A DNA stretch of 64,000 nucleotides, taken from assembly GCF_009914755.1 (NCBI RefSeq), contig NC_060925.1, one strand, 5' to 3'. The notes beneath the pieces are model-generated. The model did not search any database and was not told the DNA's origin. It saw only the letters and a list, made by a program, of their open reading frames with translations. Positions within the stretch are counted from its first letter, which is position 1. Each line of letters starts with the position of its first letter. This DNA comes from the human T2T-CHM13v2.0 reference genome, Homo sapiens. The translations under genes and the position numbers were made by a program. Shown in pieces: positions 36,211-53,303 of this stretch.

Positions 36211-37704
36211 TTTTTTTTTTTTAGTATTTATTGATCATTCTTGGGTGTTTCTCGGAGAGGGATTTGGCAGGGTCATAGGACAATAGTGGAGGGAAGGTCA
36301 GCAGATAAACATGTGAACAAGGGTCTCTGGTTTTCCTAGGCAGAGGACCCTGCGGCCTTCCGCAGTGTTTGTGTCCCTTGGTACTTGAGATTAGGGAGTG
36401 GTGATGACTCTTAATGAGCATGCTGCCTTCAAGCATCTGTTTAACAAAGCACATCTTGCACTGCCCTTAATCCATTTAACCCTTAGTGGACACAGCACAT
36501 GTTTCAGAGAGCACGGGGTTAGGGGTAAGGTCATAGATCAACAGCATCCCAAGGCAGAAGAATTTCTCTCAGTACAGAACAAAATGGAGTCTCCCATGTC
36601 CACCTCTTTCCACACAGACACAGTAACAATCCGATTTCTCTTTCTTTTCCCCACATTTCCCCCTTTTCTATTCAACAAAACCGCCATCGTCATCATGGCC
36701 GGTTCCCAGTGAGCTGTTGGGTACACCTCCCAGACGGGGTGGCCGCCGGGCAGAGGGGCTCCTCACTTCCCAGACGGGGCAGCCAGGCAGAGGTGCCCCC
36801 CACCTCCCGGGCGAGGTGGCTGCCGGGCGGGGGCGGGGGCTGCCCCCCACCTCCCTCCTGGATGGGGCGGCTGGCCGGGTGGAGACGCTCCTCATTTCCC
36901 AGACGGGGTGGCTGCCGGGCGGAGGGGCTCCTCACTTCCCAGACTGGGCGGCTGCTGGGCGGAGGGGCTCCTCACTTCTCAGACGGGGCGGCCGGGCAGA
37001 GACGCTCCTCACCTTCCAGACGGGGTGGCGGTCGGGCAGAGACACTCCTCAGTTCCCAGACGGGGTCGCGGCCGGGCAGAGGCGCTCCTCACATCCCAGA
37101 CGGGGCGCGGGGCAGAGGCGCTCCCCACATCTCAGACGATGGGCGGCCGGGCAGAGACGCTCGTCACTTCCCAGACGGGATGGCGGCCGGGAAGAGGCGC
37201 TCCTCACTTCCCAGGCTGGTCGGCCAGGCAGAGGGGCTCCTCACATCCCAGACGATGGGCGGCCAGGCAGAGACGCTCGTCACTTCCCAGACGGGATGGC
37301 GGCTGGGAAGAGGCGCTCCTCACTTCCCAGGCTGGGCGGCCAGGCAGAGGGGCTCCTCACATCCCAGACGATGGGCGGCCAGGCAGAGACACTCCTCACT
37401 TCCCAGACGGGGTGGCGGCCGGGCAGAGGCTGCAATCTTGGCACTTTGGGAGGCCAAGGCAGGCGGCTGGGAGGTGGAGGTTGTAGCGAGCCGAGATCAC
37501 GCCACTGCACTCCAGCAAAAACCAGTCAGGCGTGGTGGCGCGCGCCCGCAATCCCAGGCACTCGCAGGCTGAGGCAGGAGAATCAGGCAGGGAGGTTGCA
37601 GTGAGCCGAGATGGCGGCAGTACAGTCCAGCCTCGGCTGGGCATCAGAGGGAGACCATGGAGAGAGGGACAGCGAGACAGAGAGGGAGGGGGAGGGGGAG
37701 AGGG
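36211..37704 (-). mobile_element. SVA_B/C-like, sense to the host gene, with a deletion in the Alu-like domain
   Basis: T-tail to 36222, SINE-R to ~36720, VNTR ~36724-37430, Alu-like to ~37660, short CT-rich head 37683-37704. TSD CTCT(G/A)TATCTTTT (36198-36210, 37705-37717). Confidence 0.95.
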
Positions 37705-37940
37705 CTCTATATCTTTTCTTTTTGTAGCCAAACATTAATCAATCCTGTATCACTCTGTTCAACAAAATGCCGTATATTACAGCAATGAGTTTCATTGCTT
37801 TCATAACTTATAAAATTGGAAATAAGGCACTGGTTGCAATTCCCCAGACTTTTCTCCCTAGAGAATATAGGAGATTTTAATCAGCACCTGAGCTATCGAT
37901 ACGGTTGTCAGTTTTTTCATCCTGAGGAATGCTTCATGAG

Positions 37941-38041
37941 CAATCTCTTTTCTCCTCCTTCTAGCAAATGCTTCATTAATAACACAAGTACATTCTCTTT
38001 TCTCCTCCTTACTAGCAAATGCTTCATTAATAACACAAGTA
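37941..38041. repeat. Tandem duplication, 2 x ~50 bp
   Basis: 37941-37990 and 37991-38041 differ by one substitution and one inserted A. Confidence 0.95.
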
Positions 38042-38889
38042 GAGTCTGAAGCTGGAAGTATAGATAGCAGACTGTGATTAAAAAAACAAAACCAAACCAC
38101 TTCCTGCTCTATTTACACAGCTTCTTTTTAGTAATGTTAAACTGCAGAAGAAAGCCCTCCTATGAGGCCAGAGAACAACTGAAGGCAGTAAGGTATGGCA
38201 GGAAAAACCAATGGCCAAACAGTATAACCTCCGAAAATGATAAGCAATTACCTTGAGGAATTAAAAAAATTATTTGACTACCTTCCAGTTTACTGTCTAG
38301 GACTTTTGTTTTTTTTTAAAGGATGATATTATTCAGTATGGTCAGCAAGGATATACCGATTGGCAACATAAAGAATTCCAAAGGATAGGTTAGAAATTCA
38401 GGACACTATGTTACATTTGCTCCTCACCCCTGTCCATACCCATCTTGGATAAGAGAGGAAGAACACAGATAAAAAACACAAAAGAACTTTAAGTAACTAT
38501 ATTTAGGGTAGGCTGTTTACAATAAGCCAAAGGTAACACACGTAGTCAAAACATTTTAAACTTTGAAGAATTCAAGGTCAAGTCATTTTATTATGCAATA
38601 GTTGGGATCCACAGCAGGAACCTACACAGAAGGCAGCCTATTTGTATGAGGGTGAAAGGAAGCTCAAAAGACAGAAAAAAGGAATTTTTATAAGCTTGAT
38701 AACTAACCCTCACAACCAAGACCCGAATCAGAAGGAGCAAGGTATAAAACAGTGGAGTGTTAGGGTGAAGGCAGAGCAACAACTGAAGATGAAAATGTAG
38801 CAAGAGTGTTTGTATCCAGTCACTGGTTGAGAAACTCCTTCAACTCTAGATAGAGGATCATTATCAGATCATTCAGAATAGAGAAATCA

Positions 38890-39240
<351 letters not shown>

Positions 39241-39538
39241 AAGTAACAAGGAGGTCATCCTCAATCATCTCCTACACTAGTTTAAACCAATAGGGTTGGG
39301 TTGTATGAGCATAAAGTGGTACAGAGACTGGTTACTGTAACTTAAGTGGCCTTGTTTAAATTCAGCAAAGATGGCAGAAAATATTCAGTAGCTTTAATAA
39401 AAGAGAATGGCAAGTCAATCTATATCAGTTTGTATGAAAAAGCAGGTGTCAATCATTCAGGTCCAGATTATTTGAGGGTTGCATCTGAAAATAGGTCATA
39501 TAGTGGTTTTGGTAGTTGTTCATGTGGAAGGTGGAGGT

Positions 39539-39677
39539 GTGAGAATCACTTGAACCTGGGAGGCAGAGCTTGCAGAGAGGCAGAGCTTGCAGGCAGGCAG
39601 AGCTTGCAGGGAGCCGAGATCATGCCACTGCACTCCAGCCTGGGCAACAGAGCAAGACCCTGCCTTGAAAAAAAAAA
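39539..39677 (+). mobile_element. Alu right-arm fragment with triplicated AGGCAGAGCTTGCAG
   Basis: Three tandem copies at ~39561-39610. Confidence 0.85.
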
Positions 39678-40024
39678 TTCTTGTTGTAAATCTATAACTA
39701 CCACTTTAAATCAATATCCCTATCATGATACTCACATTTGAAGATTTGTACTTAAATGCTTTAAAGTACAACTAACTCCACACGCATTGCCAGACAATCA
39801 TTAAGAAATAAACTGTGGTCCAAGATGATTATTTTTCTCCTCAAAAACAATAAGCAAAGTGAGAAAGTATTTAAATGTCTATCACATTGCTAAATGTAAC
39901 AGTAATTTTTAGATGATGCAGAGAGCCACAAAAGTGAGGAATACTTTAATTTAATCACTTATTTTGATACTAATTTCCTGAGTACTAAGAAAAATAAACT
40001 CAGGGAAAATTTTATTGATTTTTG

Positions 40025-40334
<310 letters not shown>

Positions 40335-41619
40335 TTATTTTATTGGACGAATTAATCACTTATCCAATATTTATTGAGCACTACTATGTACTAGACACTG
40401 TTTTAGGTACTGAAAACACAGTAGTAAATAAGAGAAACAGGGCCCTGTCCTCATGGAGCTTATAATAGAGAGGAGCAGGCAATAAATGAGTAGACAAAAT
40501 AACTTCTTCCTATGTTAGTACAATAAAAGAATTAAAATGTCATGTATATTCAGGGGTGTAGACAGGGAAGGAGAACAGAGTGACCATTTTAGATGGTATG
40601 GTTAAGAATGGCCTAAAGAGATGACATTTTAACTGAAACTGGAAGAAAAGCAGCCAACAGGTTCAACAGAAACCCACCCAAGAATTTTAAACAGGGAAAT
40701 GACATGATTCTCTAGCACTTACCATGATTTGAGAAAATCTTAATCTGGGCTTAAGACCATTTTTTTCCACCCATTCTTTTCCCCAAGTTTATAGTCCTGC
40801 TTACCTCACTCTAGTTTCTCATCAGCATCCCAACCCCCTTGTTCTTATTCCAGACCTTCCTCACACTGCAGTAAAAGGTCATTGTATCATAGAAGTCTCT
40901 GTGAAATAATTATAAAATCCACCCTTTATGCTACTGTATTTAAGCTCGGAAATACTCGGGCCCATCCCTTCAGACACTGCACTTTACTCTTTTCTGAGCA
41001 TTAAAATTCAATTTCAAAAATTCCTTCTTTAAAGATACCTAAGATGACTATGCAGCCTTATTTCAAGTGCTATTATCTTGCGGGGTAAGGATGGTCAACT
41101 AGTTAAGTTTCCTCAGGCCTTAGAAGCATGCTAAAGAAATATTACAAACTTGTCAATGTATGCTGTTACAAATTCATGGTTTCCAATCTCAGTTTCTCTG
41201 AGAAACTCTGACTTTCTTTCACTCATCGTCAGTAGCTGTCTTAAATTTTGTCACACTAACTATAAGTTACCCAACAGTAGGAGTTTTGTCTTATGATTAT
41301 CATTTACCTTTGTATCTCCAAACCTAGCACAGTCTGGTAGTAATGACTTACAATCCCAAAACTTCTCATTTTCACATCTCTTCTGATGATCTCATCTTAC
41401 ACCTCCCAGAGAAATCAGAAGCCAACAGTAATTTCCCATTGTTCTACCGACAAAATTATCTTTATCACATCCACTCTCTTTTACTCACTTCAGTTCTACT
41501 TTGCACAACCATCCTTTCATTTTACCCAATGGCAAAACCCTAAGTCTAGATGAACCCAATTGCCTGTTCTTTCTAAATTCAACCACAGTTGCTGAACATT
41601 GCTATCAAAACCCATACAA

Positions 41620-41904
41620 GCCAGGCGCAACTGCTCACACCTGTAATCCCAGCACTATGGGAGGCCGAGGTGGGTGGATCACTTGAGGTCAGGCATTCTA
41701 GACTAGCCTGGCCAACATGGTGAAACCCCATCTCTACTAAAACTACAAAAATTAACTGGGCGTGGTGGCACATGCTTGTAGTCTCAGCTACTCGAGAGGC
41801 TGAGGCAGGAGAATCACTTGAACCCCGGAGGGGGAGGTCGCAGTGAGCCGCCACCACACTCCAGCCTGGGTGACAGGGCGAAAAAACAACAACAACAACA
41901 AAAA
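41620..41904 (+). mobile_element. AluS-like
   Basis: Sense dimer with (AAC)n tail. Confidence 0.88.
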
Positions 41905-42042
41905 CCACACAACACTGCAAATTGACACTAATACATTAATTATAGCTATCAACCTCAAACACACTCTCAATTTCTCATATCATTCCAATGGTTTCCATAT
42001 TCAGTTCTCTATCTTACTCCACAGGGGCTACTTCTTCTTTCA

Positions 42043-42447
<405 letters not shown>

Positions 42448-42465
42448 TAGATGTTTCGCTCCTAG

Positions 42466-42807
<342 letters not shown>

Positions 42808-43143
42808 CACCTTTCGTCTTAATTCAACTCTTTGGATTATTTTTTCTCATACAGTAGTCAGTTTTCCTTATTCATTGGCTTCTACTCAACAGTCCTCTCT
42901 GTAGGCTCTTATTCCTCTGCCTATCACTTTAATGTTCCTCAGGATTCTGTCTTAAATCGCTGTCTCCTTTTATCCTCTCTCATGATCCCATGGCATCAAT
43001 GACCACAAGTCTAGTCCAAACCCATGTAACCAACTTCATTATCACTTGGATTTTCCGCAGGGACTTAGACTTAATGTGTATAAAACTTGATTCTTCTTCA
43101 CCCCAAACCTCTTTCTTTATCCACTCATTTATAGATAGGAATC

Positions 43144-43446
43144 TTTTTTTTTTCTTCTTCTTTTTTTTTTTTTTTTTGAGACAGGGTCTTGCTGTTGCCT
43201 AGGCTGGAGTGCAGTGGCACAATCATAGCTCACTGTGGCCCTGAATTTCTGGGCTCACTTCTGCCTCAGCCTCTCAAGTAGCTAGGACTATGGGTATGTG
43301 TCACCACACCCAGCTAATTTTTCCTTTGTAGAGACAGGGTCTCACTATGTTGCCCAGTCTGGTCTAAATGACGGGGCTCAAGTGATCCCCTCACCTCAGC
43401 CTCTTAAAGTGCTGGGATTAGAGGCATGAGCCACCACACCTGACCA
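43144..43446 (-). mobile_element. AluJ-like
   Basis: Antisense dimer. Confidence 0.88.
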
Positions 43447-43704
43447 AGAATCATTCTTGATGCTTCCTTTTCCTAATCCTTGTCTTTCTCTGTCTATCCA
43501 AATTCCATTAATCTCTCTTAAACAGTTCAAATCTCATGAACTCCAAATATCTTCCTTGATGATCTCAAATTATACTGATTTCTCACTCTGCTAACCTGTT
43601 TGGCACCTATTATCTATAGTACACAATTAATTACATTCTGTCTTACTCATTAACTTATTTAATAGTTTTAAATAATATCAGTATATTGAGGCTAATACCC
43701 AGAG

Positions 43705-43945
43705 AAACAGTATTATCAAGTGTTAAAGAAAACTGGCTCTGGAATCAGACCTGGGTTCAAAGGCTGACTCTGTCACTCAACAGCTATATGTCTTGAGAAA
43801 GCTGCTTGACCTTTCAGTACCACAGCTTCTTCATATGTAAAATGGTGATAATAATCTGCATTTCATGTCATTGCAAGGATTAAATAAACAAATGTATGCA
43901 AAACACTCAGACTAGTGCTAAACATATAGTAAACACTCAATGACA
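43705..43945 (+). mobile_element. MIR
   Basis: ggctctggaatcagacctgggttcaaa...tgtaaaatgg...aggattaaat...tagtaaacactcaat. Confidence 0.8.
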
Positions 43946-46900
43946 AGTAATGACAGTTAAAACTTATATAACAGCCATTAGTAACTTCTTCTGGGAAGAT
44001 GGAGTAGATATATTTTTTCCTATTCTTCCCATGAATACATCCAACAAACCCTGGACATTATATACAAAACAAACATAAAAAGACTCTGAAAGGTGGAGGG
44101 CAGAAGGCAGACTGGTTAGGAACTTCAGGACCCAAGGAATGACACAGTGAGGATTTCCCTGGGTTTTCTTTTTGTTTCATATATCTCAGAGTTGGAGGTG
44201 TGAATAAGCCTGCAACCAAGAAATGCCAACAGATGCAGACCAAAAAACACAGAAAAACACAAAAAATCCAACCCCAACAAAAAAGCCTGCTCTCTCTAAC
44301 TAAAGGGCAGCCTAGGAAGACAAAGGCACTTTTAGACAATAACAGTTCTACTCCAGACAAACAGCACAGAGAACACTGAAACCAAACCCCCACCAAGGCT
44401 GAGTGGGGAGCCTTCTATATCTGTCAGGCTATAACAAGGTGCCCCCTATGTCCTCCTCTCCCTGCTGCAGTGGTGTCAGATGAAGCCCAGTGGAAAATCA
44501 GGACTTTCACTACCCAGTGGTAACGAGGCCAACACCCTTCCACCTCTGGTGTCAGTAGAGGCCATGCAAGGAACAGTAATGAAGGATTCCTAATTCTCTA
44601 AGCATGGAGGGGCCTGAGTGGAGAACCAGGACTTCTACCTCCACCTAGCAATAATGAGGCTGCTCCCTTCCTACCTCTGCCACAAGAGTATCAGAGGAAA
44701 CCAGCTAAAACGGAAGTTTAAATAAAATCCAGAGTCTTATAATATAATGCCCCAAATGTCCAGGTTTAAAATCACTCGATACACCAAGAACAAAGAAAAT
44801 CTCAACTTGAATAAAAAAAGACAATAAGTAGATATCAACACCAAAGTGACAGGGATATAGAATTTTGTCACAAAGATTTTAAAGTATCCATTATAAAAAC
44901 ATTTCAATGAGCAATGACAACTGTATGTGAAAGAAATGAAAAAATAGAATCTCTCAGCAGAGAAACAGAAGATACAAAGAAGAACAAAGTGGAAATTTTA
45001 AAACAGAAGAATACAATAACTGAAATAAAAAAATGTATGGACTCAGCAGCAGATGGACGAAACAGAGAAATCGGTAAACTTGAAGACAGAATAACAGAAA
45101 TTACCTAATCTGAAAAACAGAGAATAGACTAAAACAAAACAAAACAGAAAACCACACCAGAGTCTCAGGGACCTGTCAGACTACAACAAAAGATCTAATC
45201 TCACTGGAATCCCAGAAGCAGAAAAAAGAGGGCAGAGCTGAAAAAATACTTGAAATAATGTCTGAAAACTCCCCAAATTTGGCAAAAGACATAAAGCTAC
45301 AGATTCAAGAAGCTGAATAAACCCCAAAGAGGATTATACCCAAAGAAATCCACGTCAAGATACATCATAGTTAAACTTCTGAAAACTAAAGACAAGAAAA
45401 CCAAACAAGTAAACAAAACCCCAGACCTTAAAAGCAGCAAGAGAAATAACACCTACAGGAGAAAACAATTCAAATGGTAGCAGATTTCTCATCAGAAACC
45501 AGGCAGGCCAGAAGAAATAACACAGTTTTTTCAAGTGTTGAAAGAAAACAACTATAAACCCCAAATTCTATCTCCAGCAAAAACAAAAACAAAAACCCTT
45601 CAGAAATGAAGGCAAAATCAAGACATTAAAACAAATCTGCTGTCTACCCTAAAACAGTAGCTAAAGGAAGTTTCCCAAACAGAGGGGAAATGATAAAAGA
45701 AGATATCTCAAAACACCAAGAAGAAAAAAGGCAGTAAACAAAAATATGAGTAAATTAAATAGGTTTTCCTTCTCCAATTGAGTTTTCTAAATTGTATTTG
45801 ACACTTGGAAAAAAAAATTATAACACTGTCTGATCTGCTTCTAAATGTATGTAGAGAAAATATTTAAGCCAATTATAAATGGAGAAAGTAAAGAGATATA
45901 AAGAAAAGTAAGGTTTCTATACTTCACTTGAAGTGGTAAAATATCAACATCAGTATACTATGATTAAATTATGTATACAGAACATAAAACCTAGAATAGC
46001 TATTATATAAAAACTGTAAAAAGAGATACACTACAAATGCTATAGATAGATCAAAATCGAATTCTAAAAAATGTTCAAGTAACAACCCACAGAAAAAGAA
46101 AGGCAAAAGAAAACAGAAACAGAAATCAGCAATAAACAGAAAACAAAAAATAAAATGAAAGACATGTCAAAACATACATTAAATGAAAATGGTCTAAATA
46201 TACCAACTAAAAGACAAGAGATTGGTAGAGCAGATATTTTAAAAACATGACCCAAGTATATCCTGTCTAGAAGGAGCTCACTTCAAATATAACAATACAG
46301 GTAAGATTGTAAAAGAAAGGAAAAAGATGTATCATGAAAACATTAATCAAAAGAAAGTAGTAGTTATATTACCAGAGGGACTTTAGAGCAAATAAAATTA
46401 TCAGAAAGTGAGGGACATTACATAATGATAGAGTCAATTAACCCAGAAGACACAGCAATCCTAAATTTGTATGAACCAACATGCTGCAAAACATGTGAAG
46501 CAAAATCTGACTGACCTGAAAAAAGATACAGACAAATCCACAATACAGTTAATACCTCTCTCAGCAACTGACAGAACAACTATACAGAAAATCAACAAGG
46601 AATAAATATATAGAAGAACTCAACAATGCCATCAACCAAGAGAATTCAATCGATATTTATAAAACATCTCCTCCAGCAAAGCAGAATAAACATTGTTTTT
46701 CACATACTTGTGAAACATATGCCAAAATAGACCATTTCCAGGTAATGAGGCAAATTTCAATGAATTTAAAAGAATGAAAATAATACAGAGTGTGTTATCT
46801 GACCATATTTTTTTAAACAATCAAACTAGAAGTCAATAACAGAAAGGTAACAGGAAAATCACCCAACACTTGGAAATTAAACAACATACTTCTAAATAAT

Positions 46901-47063
46901 CCAGGGGTCAAAGAAGTCTCAAGGAAAATGAAGAATATATATTAAACTGAATAAAAATGAAAATATAACAGACAAAAATTTGTGGAATGCAGGTAGAGCA
47001 ATGCTGAGAGGGAAATTTATAGCAGGAACTGCTTTACATCAAAAAAAACAAAAAAAAACAAAA

Positions 47064-47650
47064 GGCCACGCCTATAATCCCAGCAATTTGGGAGGCCAAC
47101 GCAGGGGGAATCACGAGGTCAGGAGTTTGAGACCACCCTGGCTAACATGGTGAAACCCTGTCTCTACTAAAAATACAAAAATTAGCCGGGCATGGTGGCA
47201 AGCGCCTGTAATCCCAGCTACTCGGGAGGCTGAGGCAGGAGAATCTCTTAATCCTGGGAGGCGGAGCCGAGATCGCGTCATTGCACTCCAGCCTGGCTAA
47301 CAAAAGCAAAACTCCGTTTCACAAAAAAAAAAAAAAAGGAAGGCCGGCACAATGGCTCATGCCTATAATCCCAGCATTTTGGGAGGCCAAGGCAGGAGAA
47401 TCGCTTGAGGCCAGGAGTTTGAGATCAGCTTGGGCAGCATAGCAATATCTTATCTCTACAAAAAAATTTTAAAAATTAGCTGGGCATGGTGGCAAGAGCT
47501 TGCACCCCTAGCTACTCTGAAGACTGAGGTGGGAGGATTGCTTGAACCCAGGAGCTTGAGGTTACAGTGAGCCTTGATTGCACCGCTGCACTCCAGCTTG
47601 GGTGACAGAGCGAGACCTTGTCTCAAAAATAATTAATTAAATTTAAAAAA
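47064..47650 (+). mobile_element. Tandem AluS-like (head lost) and AluJ-like
   Basis: Sense Alus at 47064-47337 and 47342-47650. Confidence 0.88.
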
Positions 47651-48177
47651 AATTTTAAAGGAAAAAAAAATCTCAAATTAACATAAGTTCCACCTGAAAA
47701 ATCTAGGAAAATTGAAATAAACCAAGCAGAAAGGAGGAAGTAATAAAGGTAAAGAGAAGAAATCCATGAAACTGAAAAAAAAAAAATCAATGAAACAAAA
47801 ATCTGGTTCACTGAAAAAATAAATAAAATTGATAAACCTTCAGCAAGAATGACAAAGGAAAAAAGAGAAGACACAATACCAACATGAGGAATGAAACAAG
47901 GAATATTACTACCAGCCCTGCAGACTTCAAAAGAATAATAAGTAAATACTATGAACAACTCTACGCACACACATTTAAGGACACAGATGAAAAGAAAAAA
48001 AACCAATTCCTTAGAAAGCACAAACTACCAAAACTCATCCAGTAAGAAACAGATTAACTGAAACAGCCCTAACACTATCAAGAAAATTGAATCCATAATC
48101 TCAAAACTCCCAAGGGAAATCCTTGTGCCCAAATTATTTTACTGGAGAATCCTACCAAATGTTCAAAAATGAATCAA

Positions 48178-48315
48178 TGCTGGGCACAGTGGCTCACACC
48201 TGTAATCCCAGCACTTAGAGAGGCAGAAGCAGGAGGATAGCTTGAGCTCAGGAGTTCAACACCTACCTGGACAACATAGTGAGACTCTGTTCTCCACAAA
48301 AAGGAAAAAAAAAAT
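48178..48315 (+). mobile_element. Alu left monomer (FLAM-like)
   Basis: Single left arm with A-tail. Confidence 0.8.
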
Positions 48316-48405
48316 AAATTTATATCAATTCTACATAATTGCTTATAGAAATGTAAGAGAAGAGAACACTCCCCAAATCATTTTATTAGAAAAACAACAA
48401 CAACT

Positions 48406-48560
<155 letters not shown>

Positions 48561-48999
48561 GCCAAATCACTTTATTAAACTACCTTTACCCTGATACCAA
48601 AACCAAAGACAGTATCAAGTAAGAAAACTAAGGACAAATATCCCTCATAAATATGAGACAAAAATCCTTAACAAAACATGAGCACTCAGAAGTCAATGAT
48701 ATATAAAAAGAATAGTACACCATGACCAAGTAGAATTCAGTCCAGGGCTGCAAAGCTGATATAATATTTGAAAATCAACTAATGCGCTCCATCATATTAA
48801 CAGGCTAAAAAAAAATCACCCAATAATCATATAATCATATCAGTTGACACAGGAAAAGTATTTGGACAAAATTTAATACACATTAAATTCCTCAATTTGA
48901 TACAGAGCATCTACAAAAAACCTACAGCTAACATACTTAATGGTGAAAGATTAAATGCTTTACGCTAAGATAGGGAACAAGGCAAGATTCTGCTCTCAC

Positions 49000-49290
49000 T
49001 TTTTTTTTTTTTTTAAAAGAGACAGGGTCTCATTCTGTCACCTAGGCTGGAGTGCCATGCTGCCATCATAGTTCACTGCATACTTGATCTCCCAGGTTTA
49101 AGGGATCCTCCTGGGTAGCTGGGCCTACAGGTGCACACCACGATGCCAGGCTAATTTAAAAAAAAAAATTTTTTTTTTAGAGATGGGGTCTTGCTTTGTT
49201 GCCCAGGCTGGTCTCAAACTCTTGGCCTCAAGCCATCCTTCCGCCTCAGCCTCCTAAAGTGCTAGGATTACAGGCTTGAGCCCTCACCAC
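49000..49290 (-). mobile_element. AluJ-like
   Basis: Antisense dimer. Confidence 0.87.
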
Positions 49291-49769
49291 TCTTACTGTA
49301 CAAAGCAGTGGTGAATCAGTGAGTTCAGTCAGGTCACATGACATAAGATGAACATATGAAAAATAAACTGTATTTCTATATACTAGTAATGAACATATAG
49401 AAACCCAAACTAAAAACTTAATACTATTTAGAGTCACTGAAAAAAGAAGAAAAGACGAGGGAGTATAATATAAATCTAACAAAACATATACAGAACTTTT
49501 ATGCTGGAAACTATAAAATACTACTGGTGAAAGAAAACATAGATCTAAATAAATGAAGAGACATTCCATGTTCATGGATTAGAAGACTCAATATAGTAAA
49601 AATGTCAATTCTTTCTAAATGCCATTAATGTAATTCCCATCAAAATTCTGGAAAGATTTTTTTGCAGACATAGACAACATAGACAAGATTATTCTAAAAT
49701 TTATATGGAAAGTCAAAGGCACTTAAATACGGAAAAAGAAGAATAAGGTAGAAAGAAACAGTCTACACT

Positions 49770-50083
<314 letters not shown>

Positions 50084-50179
50084 TAGTAATTAAAACTATG
50101 TAGCACTGGAGGGAGAGGCACATAAATCAATGGAACAGGGAATCCAAAAATAGACTCACATAAACGTGCCAGCTAATAT

Positions 50180-51192
<1,013 letters not shown>

Positions 51193-51363
51193 CTGATTTT
51201 TTACAAAGGTACAAAAGCAATACAATGGAGAGAAAATAAAGTCTTTTGAACAAATGATACAACTAAATGTCCACGGCAAAAAATAATACAAGTAATAAAC
51301 TTTGACTTAAACTTCACACCTTACACAAAAATGAACTCAAAATGAACCACAGATTAAATGTAA

Positions 51364-51753
<390 letters not shown>

Positions 51754-51920
51754 CATCATAAAAAGAAATACTGTAAACTGGAGTTCGTCAAAATTACAAA
51801 CTCTTGCTCTATTAAAGAACCTATTAATAGGATGAAAGGACAAGCTACAGACTGGGAGAAAATATTTGCAAACTAATTATCAAACAAAGGAACACTATTT
51901 ATAATATACAAAGAACACTT

Positions 51921-51923
<3 letters not shown>

Positions 51924-51952
<29 letters not shown>
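51924..51952. repeat. (CA)n microsatellite
   Basis: About 14 CA units. Confidence 0.95.
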
Positions 51953-51955
<3 letters not shown>

Positions 51956-52999
51956 CCCAAAAACCAAACAACGCAATTAGCAAATGGGCAAAAGACATGA
52001 AGAGACATCTCACCAAAAAGGATAGACAGATGGCAAATAAAAAGATGTTCAACATAACAGGCCACTAGGGAAAAACAAATTAAAACCACAATGAGATATC
52101 ACAACACACCTATCAGAATGGCTAAAATAAAAAAAAATAGCAACACCACCAAACACTGATGAGAATGCAGAAAAACCGAATCACTTGTAAGTTGTTGGTG
52201 GAAATGTAAAATGGTACAGTGAACTGGAAAACAGATTCAGAGTGTCTTAAAAAACTAAACATACAACTAACAAATGACTTAGCAATTGCACTCCTGGGCA
52301 TTCAGGAAAATTAAAACTGAACACATAAACCTGTTGAAAGCAGCTTTATTCATAATTCATATTCAGCTAAAAACTGGAAGTCATTCAGATGTCCTTCAGT
52401 GGGTGAACAGTTAAACTGTAGTGTACATTCATACCATGGAATACTACTCAACAATAAAAAAACATGCAATTGATAACACACAACAGCACCATGCAACTTA
52501 AAATCTCCAGAGAATTATGCTGAGTGAAAAGAGACAATCCCCCAAAGCTACATTATACTATTCCATCTATGTAACATTTACATTTTTGAAATGGTAAAAT
52601 TATAGGAGAACAGATTAGTGGTTGGCAGGGATTAGGATGTTGATGGAGAGAGTAATACCAGATGGAAATGAGTATAGCTATAAAGTAACAATGGGATGGA
52701 TTCTCGTGGTGATGTAAACATTTTGAATCTTAAATATATCAATGTCAATATCCTGGTTGTAATATTCTACTATAGTTTGAAGGTGTTATCATTGGGGGAA
52801 ATTAGGTAAAGGGCATTTGGGATCTCTTTACATTATTTCTTAGGATTGCATATAAATTTATAATTATCTCAAAATAAAAAGTTTAATAAAAAACATATAA
52901 TGCTTATAAAGATGAATAATATATAATATTCTTGCCCCTGGTGAGCCAATGAACTCACAGAGCAGTGGTGGGGAAGTCAGGCATTTAAATCAAAATCAC

Positions 53000-53303
53000 A
53001 GCCGGGTGCTGTGGCTCATGTCTGTAATTCTAGCACTTTGGGAGGCTGAGGTGGGTGGACCACTTAAGCTCCGGAATTTGAAACCAGCCTCGCCAACATG
53101 GCGAAACCCAGTCCCCACTAAAAATACAAAAAATTAGCTGGGCACGGTGGTGTGTACCCATAGCCCCAGCTACTCGGGAGGCTGAGGCACGAGAATCACT
53201 TAAACTCAAGAGGTGGAGGTTGCAGTGAGCCAAGACTGGGCCACTGAACTCCAGCCTGGGAGACAAAGCAAGACTCTGTCTCAAAAAAAAAAAAAAAAAA
53301 AAA
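53000..53303 (+). mobile_element. AluS-like
   Basis: AAAATCACA on both flanks. Confidence 0.9.

Noticed and set aside
36709-37604. 287-295 aa ORFs on the plus strand
   Set aside because: The same SVA VNTR artefact.
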